From Fibrobacteria bacterium (lineage in GTDB: Bacteria > Fibrobacterota > Chitinivibrionia > Chitinivibrionales > FEN-1185), in the NCBI GenBank assembly GCA_037447435.1, contig JBBIGR010000002.1:32001-96000 (forward strand): a DNA stretch of 64,000 nt, given 5' to 3'. Position numbers and translations under genes: made by a program. The notes beneath the pieces were generated by a model. That model did no database searches. It was not told the DNA's origin and saw nothing but the letters and a program-made list of their open reading frames with translations. Positions 10,561 through 20,488 of the stretch are shown here, piece by piece (positions within the stretch are counted from its first letter, which is position 1; each line of letters starts with the position of its first letter).

Positions 10561-12012
10561 TTAAACTTTTAATTCCGTTTTATCTATTTTGCCGTACGAT
10601 TCGGCGCGAGCAAGAACGACATCAACGACGTCTTTAATGAATTCTTCGGTTTGTTGCGGTGCCCGCCCGACGAATGCCGAAACATCCAGAATACGATCCA
10701 AATCCGCTTTGGTAAGCATAAAGGCCCCATCGCAAAGAATGCGGTCAAGCAAATCGTTCGGTTTGCCTTCAAGCTTAATACCTTTGCCCGCATCCATAGA
10801 ATATTGTCTGATCCGCTCGTGCAAAACTTGTCTGTCCCCGCCTTTTTTTACCGCTTCCATGAGAATATTTTCAGTTGCCATAAACGGCAATTCTTCTGCA
10901 ACATGGCGACCAATTACTTTGGGATATACGACCAACCCGTTGCAAACATTTTGGCCGATAATCAAAACCGCATCTGCAGCAAGAAACGCCTCGGGTACCG
11001 ACAATCGTTTATTGGCCGAATCATCGAGCGTTCTTTCGAACCATTGTTCCGAAGCGGTCATGGCCGGCGACGATGAAAGCGACAGGATATAACGTGCAAG
11101 CGAGGTCATTCTTTCCGAACGCATAGGATTTCTTTTATATGCCATTGCCGAAGATCCGACCTGGCCTTTTTCGAAAGGTTCCTCTATTTCGCGCAAATTG
11201 GCAAGTAGTCGGATATCGTTTGCTATTTTATGACAAGACTGTGCGATTTGGGATAAAACAGCAAGTGTTTGGCTATCGATTTTCCGGGAATATGTCTGAC
11301 CCGAAACCGGAACCGACCCTTCAAAACCCATTTTTTTTGCAACCATGAGATCGAGCTTTTTAACTTTTTCCGCATCGTTGTTGAATAAGCTCATATAGCT
11401 TGCCTGGGTACCGGTTGTCCCTTTTACCCCTAAAAACGGCATCGATGCATATTGTTTTTCCAATGCTTCAAAATCCATCACGAGTTCATATAACCACAGG
11501 CAAGCCCGTTTTCCCACGGTCGTGAGTTGCGCAGGTTGAAAATGGGTAAATCCGAGCGTAGCCAGATCCTTTTGCTGCAACGCGAAATCCCGCAGCGAAC
11601 GAATCATTTCCGACATCCGCCGCAAAAGCACCAAACAGGCCTCTTTCATTTGTATTAAATCGGTATTGTCCCCGACAAAAGCGCTTGTCGCGCCCAAATG
11701 AATAATGGGTTTGGCTTTGGGGCACGCATCGCCGAACGCGTGAATATGCGCCATGACATCATGCCTGGTTTTCGCCTCGTAGGCGGCGGCAGTGTCGTAA
11801 TCTATGTCGGTAATATGCTGTTTCATCTCCTCGATTTGTTCGGTCAATATACGCAAGCCGAGCTCTTTTTCACATTCCGCAAGCGCAACCCACAATTTCC
11901 GCCACGTGCTGAATTTAAAATCCGGAGAAAAAAGGAAAGACATTTCCTTGCTTGCATATCGTTCCAACAATGGATTCACATACATATTCGTTGCTGTTTT
12001 TGAACTCGTCAT
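10561..12012 (-). CDS. purB: Adenylosuccinate lyase
   Basis: RHDVMAH, HLGATS, GFTHFQPAQ, GSSAMAYKRNP signature. Confidence 0.96.
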   Translation of the reverse strand: MTSSKTATNMYVNPLLERYASKEMSFLFSPDFKFSTWRKLWVALAECEKELGLRILTEQIEEMKQHITDIDYDTAAAYEAKTRHDVMAHIHAFGDACPKAKPIIHLGATSAFVGDNTDLIQMKEACLVLLRRMSEMIRSLRDFALQQKDLATLGFTHFQPAQLTTVGKRACLWLYELVMDFEALEKQYASMPFLGVKGTTGTQASYMSLFNNDAEKVKKLDLMVAKKMGFEGSVPVSGQTYSRKIDSQTLAVLSQIAQSCHKIANDIRLLANLREIEEPFEKGQVGSSAMAYKRNPMRSERMTSLARYILSLSSSPAMTASEQWFERTLDDSANKRLSVPEAFLAADAVLIIGQNVCNGLVVYPKVIGRHVAEELPFMATENILMEAVKKGGDRQVLHERIRQYSMDAGKGIKLEGKPNDLLDRILCDGAFMLTKADLDRILDVSAFVGRAPQQTEEFIKDVVDVVLARAESYGKIDKTELKV

Positions 12013-12045
12013 TATCGTTCCCTTTAAATCGAATGTCGTGTCGAT

Positions 12046-12094
12046 AAAAAAAATTGTACCCGATTAAAAAGCATATCAACCATTTTAATCAGGT
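12046..12094 (-). promoter_or_regulatory. Terminator-like hairpin in the purB 5' leader
   Basis: 12-bp stem ACCUGAUUAAAA/UUUUAAUCGGGU followed after 4 nt by U8, about 35 nt before the purB ATG. Confidence 0.4.
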
Positions 12095-12280
12095 GAAAGC
12101 CGGTCGGTTTTCAAATATAGTTTATTGGTCCGGTCTTCTCACACAACCCAAATCGAAGAAAAGCAATTTTTATTTTTATTGAGATAAAACTTGATGATTG
12201 GGCTTGGTATTGCTATTTTACATTATTAATTGATAATCAATATTATATAACATCACTTTTCCTTTGGAGGGAGAAGATAC

Positions 12281-13381
12281 ATGAAGAACGTATCGCTTAC
12301 CCGTATTATGTCGGTTCTTGCCGCAATCATCGTTTTTGTCGCTCCGGTAAGAAGTCAGCAATCGGTCGAAGATCTTATGGCTTCCGGAAGTGGGCTGCTT
12401 AAAAACGGATCCTACACCGAGGCGGCCGGCATTTTTCGCAAAGTAGTATCAATGGAACCGCGAAATTTTGAAGCGCAATACAACCTTGCTTTTGCTTATT
12501 TGCAAAGCGAGCGCTACGATAAAGCGGTTGCCGAATTCAACAAAGCCTTATCCCTGGAACCTAAAAATGCGGACTGTTGGGCAAATATCGGTTTTGCGTA
12601 TGAACGATTGGGGAAAACGCAAAAAGCGGCCGATGCAATATCGCGTTCCGTCGAACTCAATCCCAATAATGTCGAAGCGCGCATGAATCTTGCGGCAATG
12701 TATGAAAATGCAAACGCGTTCGATAAAGCCATTGCCCATTACGAAGCAGTGATTAAAATCGACGGAAGCCGCAGCGATGCCTATAACGGTGTAGCCCGTT
12801 GTCTTTCGGACAAGGGAAATGTTCCGGGCGCAAAAAAATACCTTCAGGAAGCAATCAGCAAAGATGCGAACAATGCCGAAGCGCATTGGCTCATGGCCAA
12901 CATTCTTTGGAAAAAAGAAAATAATGCCGTCGAAGCTTTTAAAGAATACCGCACCTCGATTACGCTCGACCCCAATTCCCAGGTGTTCTATGAAAACATG
13001 GCCTTGCTGCAGGAAGAAATGGGAAACAAGGAAGACGCAATCGAAACGTGGAAGAAATACCTGATTTATTTGAACGAAGCCATTAAAAAGGAAGAAGTCC
13101 AGAAAAGAATAGACAAATTAGAGCGCGGCGAAACCCCCGGTGCGACACCGAAATCCGAAGCGAAAATCAACCGCGACAAATCGTCACAGGAAAGCGCCGA
13201 GCGCATGAACGCGCTGAAAAGCGAGCTTCGCAACGATAAAAAATCCGATGCAAAACGTCTGGAAACACAACCCGTAGACATCGGATCCGATATTGCCAAT
13301 ATTTCCAAAGATACGTCCAATGCCATCGATCTTCGCAAGGAAGCAAAACGCAAAGCGGAATCGAAAAAGGAATCGCAGTAA
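12281..13381 (+). CDS. Exported tetratricopeptide repeat protein
   Basis: Signal peptide, about 7 TPR units, charged C-terminal tail; GGAGG RBS. Confidence 0.9.
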   Translation: MKNVSLTRIMSVLAAIIVFVAPVRSQQSVEDLMASGSGLLKNGSYTEAAGIFRKVVSMEPRNFEAQYNLAFAYLQSERYDKAVAEFNKALSLEPKNADCWANIGFAYERLGKTQKAADAISRSVELNPNNVEARMNLAAMYENANAFDKAIAHYEAVIKIDGSRSDAYNGVARCLSDKGNVPGAKKYLQEAISKDANNAEAHWLMANILWKKENNAVEAFKEYRTSITLDPNSQVFYENMALLQEEMGNKEDAIETWKKYLIYLNEAIKKEEVQKRIDKLERGETPGATPKSEAKINRDKSSQESAERMNALKSELRNDKKSDAKRLETQPVDIGSDIANISKDTSNAIDLRKEAKRKAESKKESQ

Positions 13382-13391
13382 CCGTAAGGAT

Positions 13392-13517
13392 GTAGGGGTT
13401 GTTGTTGTTGTAGGGGCGTATAATCATACGCCCGTACAAAACAGGGGCGTTTCGTATTTTTGTAGGGGCGTATAATTATACGCCCCTACAATCCTACTAC
13501 TACTACTACGCCCCTAC
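13392..13517. repeat. REP/REPIN-like cluster of GTAG-type palindromes
   Basis: GTAGGGGCGTATAATCATACGCCCGTAC 13410-13437; perfect palindrome GTAGGGGCGTATAATTATACGCCCCTAC 13462-13489; outer inverted GTAGGGG/CCCCTAC arms. Confidence 0.8.
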
Positions 13518-13533
13518 TGCCTTACAAATTTTT

Positions 13534-14451
13534 ATGACGCCGACCAATCCTCATTATTTTTCCTATCGCGATTATCTTAATAACCGTTTCAAAACATCGG
13601 TTTTAAAATTTCCCGTTAATGCCGGTTTTTCATGTCCAAACCGCGACGGCAAGCTCTCCTCTGTCGGATGCTCGTTTTGCGATAACCGCTCGTTTTCACC
13701 GGTCGCGCTGTCGGCGCAATCGGTTCTTGACCAACTTAAAAACGCTCTTGTCAAAGACAAAAACAAGCACGGCAAATATATAGCCTATTTTCAGCCTTTT
13801 TCAAACACCTATGCCTCGGTAGCGCATTTACAGGAACTATACGAACCCATCATCACGCTCAAGGATTTCGCAGGCATCGCGATCGGCACGCGGCCCGACT
13901 GCTTTACCGACAATATTTACGATTATCTCGAAGATGTTGCGAAAAGGACTTATTGCAGCGTCGAACTGGGCCTGCAAAGCGCGGACAATGAAGTTCTTTC
14001 GCTCCATAAACGCGGGCATACTGTCGAAGATTTCATCGCTGCGGTGGAAAAACTCCATGCAAAAAACATCGAAGTCGTTGCGCATGTCATGATCGGGCTT
14101 TCGCAAAACGCCGCAAACGATGCGATGAAAACCGCACGATTGCTCGCAAACCTTCCCGTCGACGGAGTAAAAATCCATCAGCTGATGATCATTCGGGGCA
14201 CCGCGCTTGAAACGATGTTTGCAAATCATACAATCAGCGTTCTGTCTCTCGAGGAATATGCAAATATCGTCTGCGATTTTTTAGAAACGCTACGGCCAAA
14301 CCAGCACATTCACCGCATCATGGCCGATTCCAAAACAAACAAAGGCCTCATAGAACCGCTGTGGAGCGCCGACAAAATGAAATCAATGGGTTTCATTCAC
14401 GGGGTAATGGACAAAAGGAATATTGTGCAGGGAAAAAAATGCGGCATATAA
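13534..14451 (+). CDS. TIGR01212-type radical SAM protein (YhcC/YtqA-like)
   Basis: GFSCPNRDG...GCSFC, YFQPFSNTY, IGTRPDC, VELGLQS, GVKIHQL. Confidence 0.9.
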   Translation: MTPTNPHYFSYRDYLNNRFKTSVLKFPVNAGFSCPNRDGKLSSVGCSFCDNRSFSPVALSAQSVLDQLKNALVKDKNKHGKYIAYFQPFSNTYASVAHLQELYEPIITLKDFAGIAIGTRPDCFTDNIYDYLEDVAKRTYCSVELGLQSADNEVLSLHKRGHTVEDFIAAVEKLHAKNIEVVAHVMIGLSQNAANDAMKTARLLANLPVDGVKIHQLMIIRGTALETMFANHTISVLSLEEYANIVCDFLETLRPNQHIHRIMADSKTNKGLIEPLWSADKMKSMGFIHGVMDKRNIVQGKKCGI

Positions 14452-14455
14452 AAAC

Positions 14456-16150
14456 TTAGTTTTTCGAACAAACAATAATGCTTTTGCGCATGGTACCCGA
14501 TGCGGTTTCCACCTTCACAAAATACACTCCCTGCGGCAACAAAGAAACATCGAACCATGTTTCGCCGTTTCCGTATCGCAGTGCGATCAGTTTTCCCGAA
14601 ACGCCGTACAACGAAACGCTCATATGCGAGGCAGGCATTGCATTGGTCACGACAAGCCGCGAGCCGATAATGCGCGCCGAAACGCGCGGGGATGCGGGTT
14701 TTTGCAGAGCGGGAAAGAGACCTTTTGGGTCCGGTGCAACACTCACCGGCAATTGCGAGCCGCTGGTCTTAAATGGCGACGCCGGCAGTCCTGCTCCGTT
14801 GTAAAGATTAAACAACGGATAATGCGCCCAGGCGTATAAAATCTGCGTTGGCGCGCTCACCGAGGGGCTGGAAACGACAATGGAATCATGATCTATCGCG
14901 GTATTCCCCCATACCCAATTTCCGTTCGACCCGGCAATGGCAAATCCGCTCAACGCGCCGCCGCCCTTTGCGACCAACCCGCCGTCGGTATGGCTAAAAT
15001 GCAGATTGATCTTGTTTCCCTGAACCGACATGCCCGTATACATCGGTCCGCTATACACCCGGGCGGTATTTCCATAGCACAAAGCATCGGCAATAAAAAA
15101 CAGGCGTTTCCCCACATCCCATTTGTCCCACGCGTGCAATTCCGCGGTCCCCGGCGTGGCGTTTTCCCCTAAATCAATAGTCACCGCCATACCCGTGTTG
15201 GGGGTCGATAGTGCAAGCCGCTGCGCCTCGCGTATCATGGCCCAGGTGTCGGTCGGCCCCACGGGATTGGTCTGCAAACCGTTGACACTCGGGAGCTGCA
15301 CATAGACTATGGGGAAATTCCCCTGGCCCCAAACCTTGCGCCACCCTTGCATAAGGGCCACAAACCGGTTTTGATAATGGGAAGCCGACCAGTTGGGATG
15401 CGCCGGATACGGTTCAGAGGCATTGTTTTCGCCTTGATACCAAATCAGCCCCCGGACCGCATACGGCACAAGGGGCGCAATCAGGCTGCGAAAGAGCGTC
15501 CCTGCGGCAGTGTCTTTTGCTATCAGAGAATCGGCGGCAATTGAAGCGGAATCCATCCATCGTTCAATGTCCGTTCCGCCAAGCGCGCTTAATACCACAC
15601 CGACGGGAATGTTCAAGCTTTTCTGGAGATTACGACTAAAATAATAGGCTGTAGCGGAGAAATTAAGCGCCGCATCCGGCGTACAAATACTCCAGTTTCC
15701 ACCGGCCAGGAAATTTAGGAACCTAAGATTCGGATAATTGGCGGTTGTAGCGGAATCCACATTGGGCCCGCCTATGGTTTTCATGGAATACGCCATATTG
15801 GATTGACCGCTTGCGAACCATACTTCGCCAACCATCACGTCGTTTACGGTGATCGCGGTCGCTCCTTGCACCTTGAGCTGAAAAGGCCCGCCGGCCTGCA
15901 TCGAATCCCATAAAACGGTCCATTTGCCGTTTACACCCGCAACAGCGGTTTTAGTTTGGCCGTTGAAGGTGACCGTAACATTCTCGGTATTATTGGCATT
16001 ACCCCATATCGGTACTTTCATATTGCGTTGCAAGACCATATGATCGCTGAAAAAGGAAGCCAGGCTCGTGGCCTGGACTTCCGTCACCATAGTGGCCAAT
16101 AACCCAAGTAAAAGGAATATCCTTCTGCAAGCAATGAAAGACAAGTTCAT
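14456..16150 (-). CDS. Sialate O-acetylesterase family (SGNH) protein with C-terminal sorting-type domain
   Basis: DHMVLQR, GEVWFASGQSNM, WYQGENN, LPASPF; C-terminal GVYFVKV...RKSIIV. Confidence 0.88.
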   Translation of the reverse strand: MNLSFIACRRIFLLLGLLATMVTEVQATSLASFFSDHMVLQRNMKVPIWGNANNTENVTVTFNGQTKTAVAGVNGKWTVLWDSMQAGGPFQLKVQGATAITVNDVMVGEVWFASGQSNMAYSMKTIGGPNVDSATTANYPNLRFLNFLAGGNWSICTPDAALNFSATAYYFSRNLQKSLNIPVGVVLSALGGTDIERWMDSASIAADSLIAKDTAAGTLFRSLIAPLVPYAVRGLIWYQGENNASEPYPAHPNWSASHYQNRFVALMQGWRKVWGQGNFPIVYVQLPSVNGLQTNPVGPTDTWAMIREAQRLALSTPNTGMAVTIDLGENATPGTAELHAWDKWDVGKRLFFIADALCYGNTARVYSGPMYTGMSVQGNKINLHFSHTDGGLVAKGGGALSGFAIAGSNGNWVWGNTAIDHDSIVVSSPSVSAPTQILYAWAHYPLFNLYNGAGLPASPFKTSGSQLPVSVAPDPKGLFPALQKPASPRVSARIIGSRLVVTNAMPASHMSVSLYGVSGKLIALRYGNGETWFDVSLLPQGVYFVKVETASGTMRKSIIVCSKN

Positions 16151-16315
16151 TTTTTTATCCCTAAAAAAAATAAAAGGAGTCAAATTCCATCATGGTATTC
16201 AATAGTGATTTTATAATTTCCGTATACGGATCGCACACAAAATAATGGCCGAATTCATACATGAATTTGTCCAATTGGCACGCGGTTTGATTTCTATTTA
16301 TGTATATATCGTCGC

Positions 16316-17923
16316 ATGAATCAGGGGTCCACAATTTTCTATGGTGTTGTTGTGTTGCAAAAACGTGACATCGATATTGGCGTCCCGAATCAAAGTGCGA
16401 ACGAATCGTACAAATGGTGGTTGCTTGCCAACATTATGGTTAGTACGTTCATGGTTGTGCTCGATGCGACCATTGTCAATACCGCGCTGCCTAAGGTAAT
16501 GGCATCATTCGGCATTTCCATCGACCTGGCGCAATGGGTGCTCACCGCATATATGCTTGCATTTGCGATTATGCTTCCAACATCTGGGTGGATTGCGGAC
16601 CGGTTCGGCTATAAACGCATTTTTGCGCTCTCACTTGCGATATTTTCTTTGTTTTCGTTTCTATGCGGTATTTCGTGGAACGAGAAATCGCTCATTGTTA
16701 TGCGGATCGGACAGGGGTTGGGCGGCGGCCTGCTTCAGCCGATAGGAATGGCCATCATCTTGAGAGAATTTCCCCCGCAAAAGCGCGGCTTAGTCCTGGG
16801 CTTCTGGTCAATATCCGTTGCAGCTTCCGTGTCTCTTGGACCTATGATCGGCGGCTATATTGCAGACAATTTCGACTGGCATCTCATCTTTACCATCAAC
16901 GTGCCTGTGGGAATCGTTTGTTTTTTCGCAACCTGGATAATCCAGCGCGAATTCAAACTAAAAGAAACACATCCGTTCGATATCATCGGGTTTTTGTCTT
17001 TGGCAATGTTCCTTGGATTTCTGCTTTTTGCCCTTGCCAGCGGCAACGCCGAATGGAACTCGGGCGGGTGGACATCCGACGCCATGATGTTGTGCTATCT
17101 TCTTTCCATCATCGGATGCGTCGTGTTTCTGGTTACCGAATTTAATGTTCGACATCCGCTCGTAGATTTGCGTCTTCTATTCAATTACAATTTTGGTCTC
17201 ACCAACATCGTGCTGTTCATTTTCGGTGTGGCCATGTTCGGCAGCGTTTTCCTTATTCCGCTTTATTTACAGAACATCATGGGATACACTGCTTTACAAT
17301 CCGGTATGGTCCTTTTGCCGGTTGGGATTTTGCAGGCCGCCACCGGACCCTTGGCAGGATACTTTTCCGACAAGGTAAGCTTAAAACCTCCTCTTGTTCT
17401 GGGGATAATCCTGTTTACCCTGAGTTTTCTGCTTAATACCCGGTTGTCAATATTTTCCGAACATGCCCAGATCATGCTTCCCATGTACATGCGCGGATTG
17501 GCCATGGGCATACTTTTCTCTCCGCTTAATGCGGCGGCACTGCTCGATATTTCCAGGCGGGACATGGCCCAGGCCTCGGGAATGACCAACGTGATCCGGC
17601 AGGTAGGAGGCAGCTTCGGCGTGGCGATTTTGCAAACGCTGCTTATCCAACGCGTTAGTTTCCATACCGCTGTTGCCGGCGCGCGCCTCGATGCGTCGTC
17701 GCCGTCTTACGTGGAAACCGCACGGGTAATACAGTCTCACGCCATAATGGCCGCAGGATCATCGCCCCACGACGCGATGACGCAAGCGTCGATTTCCTTG
17801 CACACGTTTTTCGCGCAACAAATGTTCGTATGGGGAATCAATGACGATTTCTTTTTCTCTGCCTTGTGCACTGCCCTGTGTTTCGTGCCAATACTTTTTC
17901 TGAAGACGAAGAAAACAATATAG
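16316..17923 (+). CDS. DHA2 (EmrB/QacA) family MFS efflux permease
   Basis: LDATIVNTALP, GWIADRFGYKR, WHLIFTINVPVG; about 14 TM. Confidence 0.93.
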   Translation: MNQGSTIFYGVVVLQKRDIDIGVPNQSANESYKWWLLANIMVSTFMVVLDATIVNTALPKVMASFGISIDLAQWVLTAYMLAFAIMLPTSGWIADRFGYKRIFALSLAIFSLFSFLCGISWNEKSLIVMRIGQGLGGGLLQPIGMAIILREFPPQKRGLVLGFWSISVAASVSLGPMIGGYIADNFDWHLIFTINVPVGIVCFFATWIIQREFKLKETHPFDIIGFLSLAMFLGFLLFALASGNAEWNSGGWTSDAMMLCYLLSIIGCVVFLVTEFNVRHPLVDLRLLFNYNFGLTNIVLFIFGVAMFGSVFLIPLYLQNIMGYTALQSGMVLLPVGILQAATGPLAGYFSDKVSLKPPLVLGIILFTLSFLLNTRLSIFSEHAQIMLPMYMRGLAMGILFSPLNAAALLDISRRDMAQASGMTNVIRQVGGSFGVAILQTLLIQRVSFHTAVAGARLDASSPSYVETARVIQSHAIMAAGSSPHDAMTQASISLHTFFAQQMFVWGINDDFFFSALCTALCFVPILFLKTKKTI

Positions 17924-17979
17924 GAAAGTATAGGCTGTTAAAATTTGTTAGGCGTCAATTATTACATTCGTCTGCGTTA

Positions 17980-18762
17980 TTATCCTGCTAACAACACAGA
18001 CGTCATGGACAGTGAGCCTGCCACCATCGTATCGTTAAACAATTTCAATTTGTCACGATCTTCCTGGAGAGCTAAAACATACAATAGCGGTAAATAGTGG
18101 TCGGGCGTGGGAACTGCCAGGCCGAGAGCTTTCCCTTGTTTTTTATAATCAATCAACGACGCATGATCGCCGCTTAAGACCAACGCATTCACTTTTTCGC
18201 GCGCTTCGATCGCCCAATCGTAACCGTAGCCGATCTCATCGAGCCTGTCCCAGGCGACCATGCCGAGATTATGCACGATATTTCCGCTCCCGACAATCAA
18301 TATCCCTTGGTCGCGAAATACGGAGAGTTCTTTTGCCAGGTCGTAATGATAGCGAGCGGGCTTGCTGTAATCCAAGCTCAATTGCACAATAGGAATATCG
18401 GCCTTGGGAAACAAATGCTTTGCCACTGTCCAGCAGCCGTGGTCCAAACCCCATTTTTCGTCGAGGCCGACAGCGGTTTTTTTTACGGTATTCTTTACTT
18501 CTTGCGCCAAAGCGGGATTTCCGGGAGCAGGATACTGCACGGCATATAATTCTTCGGGAAAGCCGCCGAAATCGTGAATGGTCCGCGGCTTTTCCATGGC
18601 GGTCGCATGCGTCCCGGACGTTTCCCAATGCGCCGATATGCACAGCACCGCGCGGGGCAAAGGGATTTCTTTACTTATAGTTCTAAAACCCGCGACGAAT
18701 TCATTCTCTTCAACGGCATTCATCGGACTGCCGTGGCCTACAAACAATACCGGCATTTTCAT
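17980..18762 (-). CDS. ygiD: 4,5-DOPA extradiol dioxygenase (LigB family, YgiD-like)
   Basis: FVGHGSPMN, ISAHW, HDFGGFP, GLDHG, GSGNIVHNL, PTPDHYLPL; start reset to ATG 18762 behind GAAGGAAGG. Confidence 0.88.
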   Translation of the reverse strand: MKMPVLFVGHGSPMNAVEENEFVAGFRTISKEIPLPRAVLCISAHWETSGTHATAMEKPRTIHDFGGFPEELYAVQYPAPGNPALAQEVKNTVKKTAVGLDEKWGLDHGCWTVAKHLFPKADIPIVQLSLDYSKPARYHYDLAKELSVFRDQGILIVGSGNIVHNLGMVAWDRLDEIGYGYDWAIEAREKVNALVLSGDHASLIDYKKQGKALGLAVPTPDHYLPLLYVLALQEDRDKLKLFNDTMVAGSLSMTSVLLAG

Positions 18763-18829
18763 AGTGCACGTCCTTCCTTCACTGATGCGCATTGCGGTTT
18801 GCGACGAAAAGGAAAAGCGAATTCGGCCG

Positions 18830-19747
18830 CTATTTTTCCTTGGTTTTGGCCGGTGCCGCTGCCAAGGCGGCAAATCCCTTATTCATCAATTCGGCTGCCT
18901 TGGTGTCTCGGGCGGCAAACGGATGCCACGGATTCGGACCTTTGTCCGCGCCCAGAACAACGGCAATGACGCGCGCATTGTTGCGGCTGGCGGTGGCAAC
19001 GATCGAATAACCGGCCTGTTTGAAATAGCCGGTTTTGAGGCCGTCACAACCGGAGAAACTCGAGAGCAAATGGTCATGATTGTACATAATGAATTTGCCG
19101 TCCCTAAATTCGCGGCGCTGCGTACCCGTGTATTTCAATGCTTCAGGATGCTTAGTAACGAGCGCGCGGCCAAGCAATGCCAAATCGCGGGCGGTCGTCA
19201 CATCCGGTTCCGCGCCGTCGGTCGGCGGAAGCCCGTGGACAGAGTGGAATGCCGTGTTCGTCATGCCGATTTCTTTGGCTTTCTGATTCATCAAGTCGAC
19301 AAACGCTTCCTTCGATCCGGCAACATGCGTCACCAGCGCGACCGCGGCATCATTGGCCGAATGTACGATCATGGCGTATAACAGATCTTCCACGGGAAAA
19401 TGTTCCCGCGGGTCAAGATACACCTGCGAACCGCCGATTTTCGACGCTTCTACAGTGACCGGCACGCTTTCGTCCAGTTTCACCGCGCCCTGGCTCACTT
19501 TATCGAGTATGACGAATAAGGTCATGATTTTTTGCACGCTCGCCGGATAGCCTTGCTCGTCGGCATGATCTTCGAACAGCACTTTGCCGGTTGCGGCGTC
19601 AATGCAGATCGCACCGACATACGGGGATTTGACGCGATCGGGAATGGTGGTGCGCACCGACGGTGCGGAATGTCTCGCCGAAACAGTGGCTGCCGAAGTC
19701 AATAAGGTAACGCCTATAATCACTGGAACGAATAAACGATTGAGCAT
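18830..19747 (-). CDS. D-alanyl-D-alanine carboxypeptidase (peptidase S11)
   Basis: SxxK (PASVQK), SxN (HSAN), KTG motifs; signal peptide. Confidence 0.9.
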   Translation of the reverse strand: MLNRLFVPVIIGVTLLTSAATVSARHSAPSVRTTIPDRVKSPYVGAICIDAATGKVLFEDHADEQGYPASVQKIMTLFVILDKVSQGAVKLDESVPVTVEASKIGGSQVYLDPREHFPVEDLLYAMIVHSANDAAVALVTHVAGSKEAFVDLMNQKAKEIGMTNTAFHSVHGLPPTDGAEPDVTTARDLALLGRALVTKHPEALKYTGTQRREFRDGKFIMYNHDHLLSSFSGCDGLKTGYFKQAGYSIVATASRNNARVIAVVLGADKGPNPWHPFAARDTKAAELMNKGFAALAAAPAKTKEK

Positions 19748-19887
19748 GAGGAATCTCTCTTTCAAGTTGAAATACTGCGCGCGTTGGGAATGATCTATAA
19801 AAATACATGCATTTTCAACTTAAAAATCAAATTTGCGTATCATTTCCGTCTCATGCATCATTTTAAATTTTATGGTACCCGCATTCG

Positions 19888-20337
19888 CTATTGTCCCCAC
19901 AATTTCGGCAACGCATTGCCGGTTTCCATAAGCGTTTTTAAACTGGAAACCACAATGGGCCATCCGTCGGTAATTCCCTTGAGCATTTCCGATCCGCTCT
20001 CCAGGTTTTCATGCGTCACTTTTATCTTTGATACGCCGCGATACGGTTGAATGGTAATGGTTACCGTGGAATGTTTCTCTTTATTATTCTCGTCCTGCGG
20101 GTCGGCCCACGTAATAACGAGGCGCGAGGGTTTGGAATACTCGACCACGGTACCGACCAAATCGATAGACTTTTCGTTGTCGGTGCCTTTATGAGTCCAT
20201 TTTGAACCCGGTTTCCAATCGGAAATGTTTTCATGTTGCCAGTATTTTTCCGTCATTTTCGGATCAAACAGCGCATCCCAGAGTTTTTCCTGCGCAGCCG
20301 AAACATACATTTCGTATTCGAATTTTACTTTATCCAT
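19888..20337 (-). CDS. SRPBCC/AHSA1-like domain protein
   Basis: EKLWDALFDP, SDWKPGSKW, RLVITW, GWPIVVSSLKTLMETG; AAGGAG RBS. Confidence 0.88.
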   Translation of the reverse strand: MDKVKFEYEMYVSAAQEKLWDALFDPKMTEKYWQHENISDWKPGSKWTHKGTDNEKSIDLVGTVVEYSKPSRLVITWADPQDENNKEKHSTVTITIQPYRGVSKIKVTHENLESGSEMLKGITDGWPIVVSSLKTLMETGNALPKLWGQ

Positions 20338-20373
20338 ACGCAATCTCCTTGTTGTTTTAAATCAAACGATGCG

Positions 20374-20472
20374 AAAAGGCGAAACAATCCGCGAGGTACG
20401 GTTTTACTCCCCCGCTAACGATTGTTTCGCCGTAGTATTCAGGTATCGGGTCAAGAACCCGAAACCGTACTC
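20374..20472 (-). promoter_or_regulatory. Candidate terminator/antiterminator RNA switch
   Basis: Stem GGCGAAACAAUC/GAUUGUUUCGCC plus UUUU; competing pairing GAGUACGGUUU/AAACCGUACCUC; small hairpin UCGGGU/ACCCGA. Confidence 0.55.
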
Positions 20473-20488
20473 ACGATGGAAACAACCT

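Noticed and set aside
16275..16291. Sigma-54-like TTGGCACGCGGTTTGAT
   Set aside because: The -12 element reads GA rather than GC and nothing else supports it
20374..20405. AAAGGCGAAAC..CGCGAG resembling a c-di-GMP-I riboswitch
   Set aside because: Lacks GACGCAAA and the second stem, and is antisense to the downstream gene
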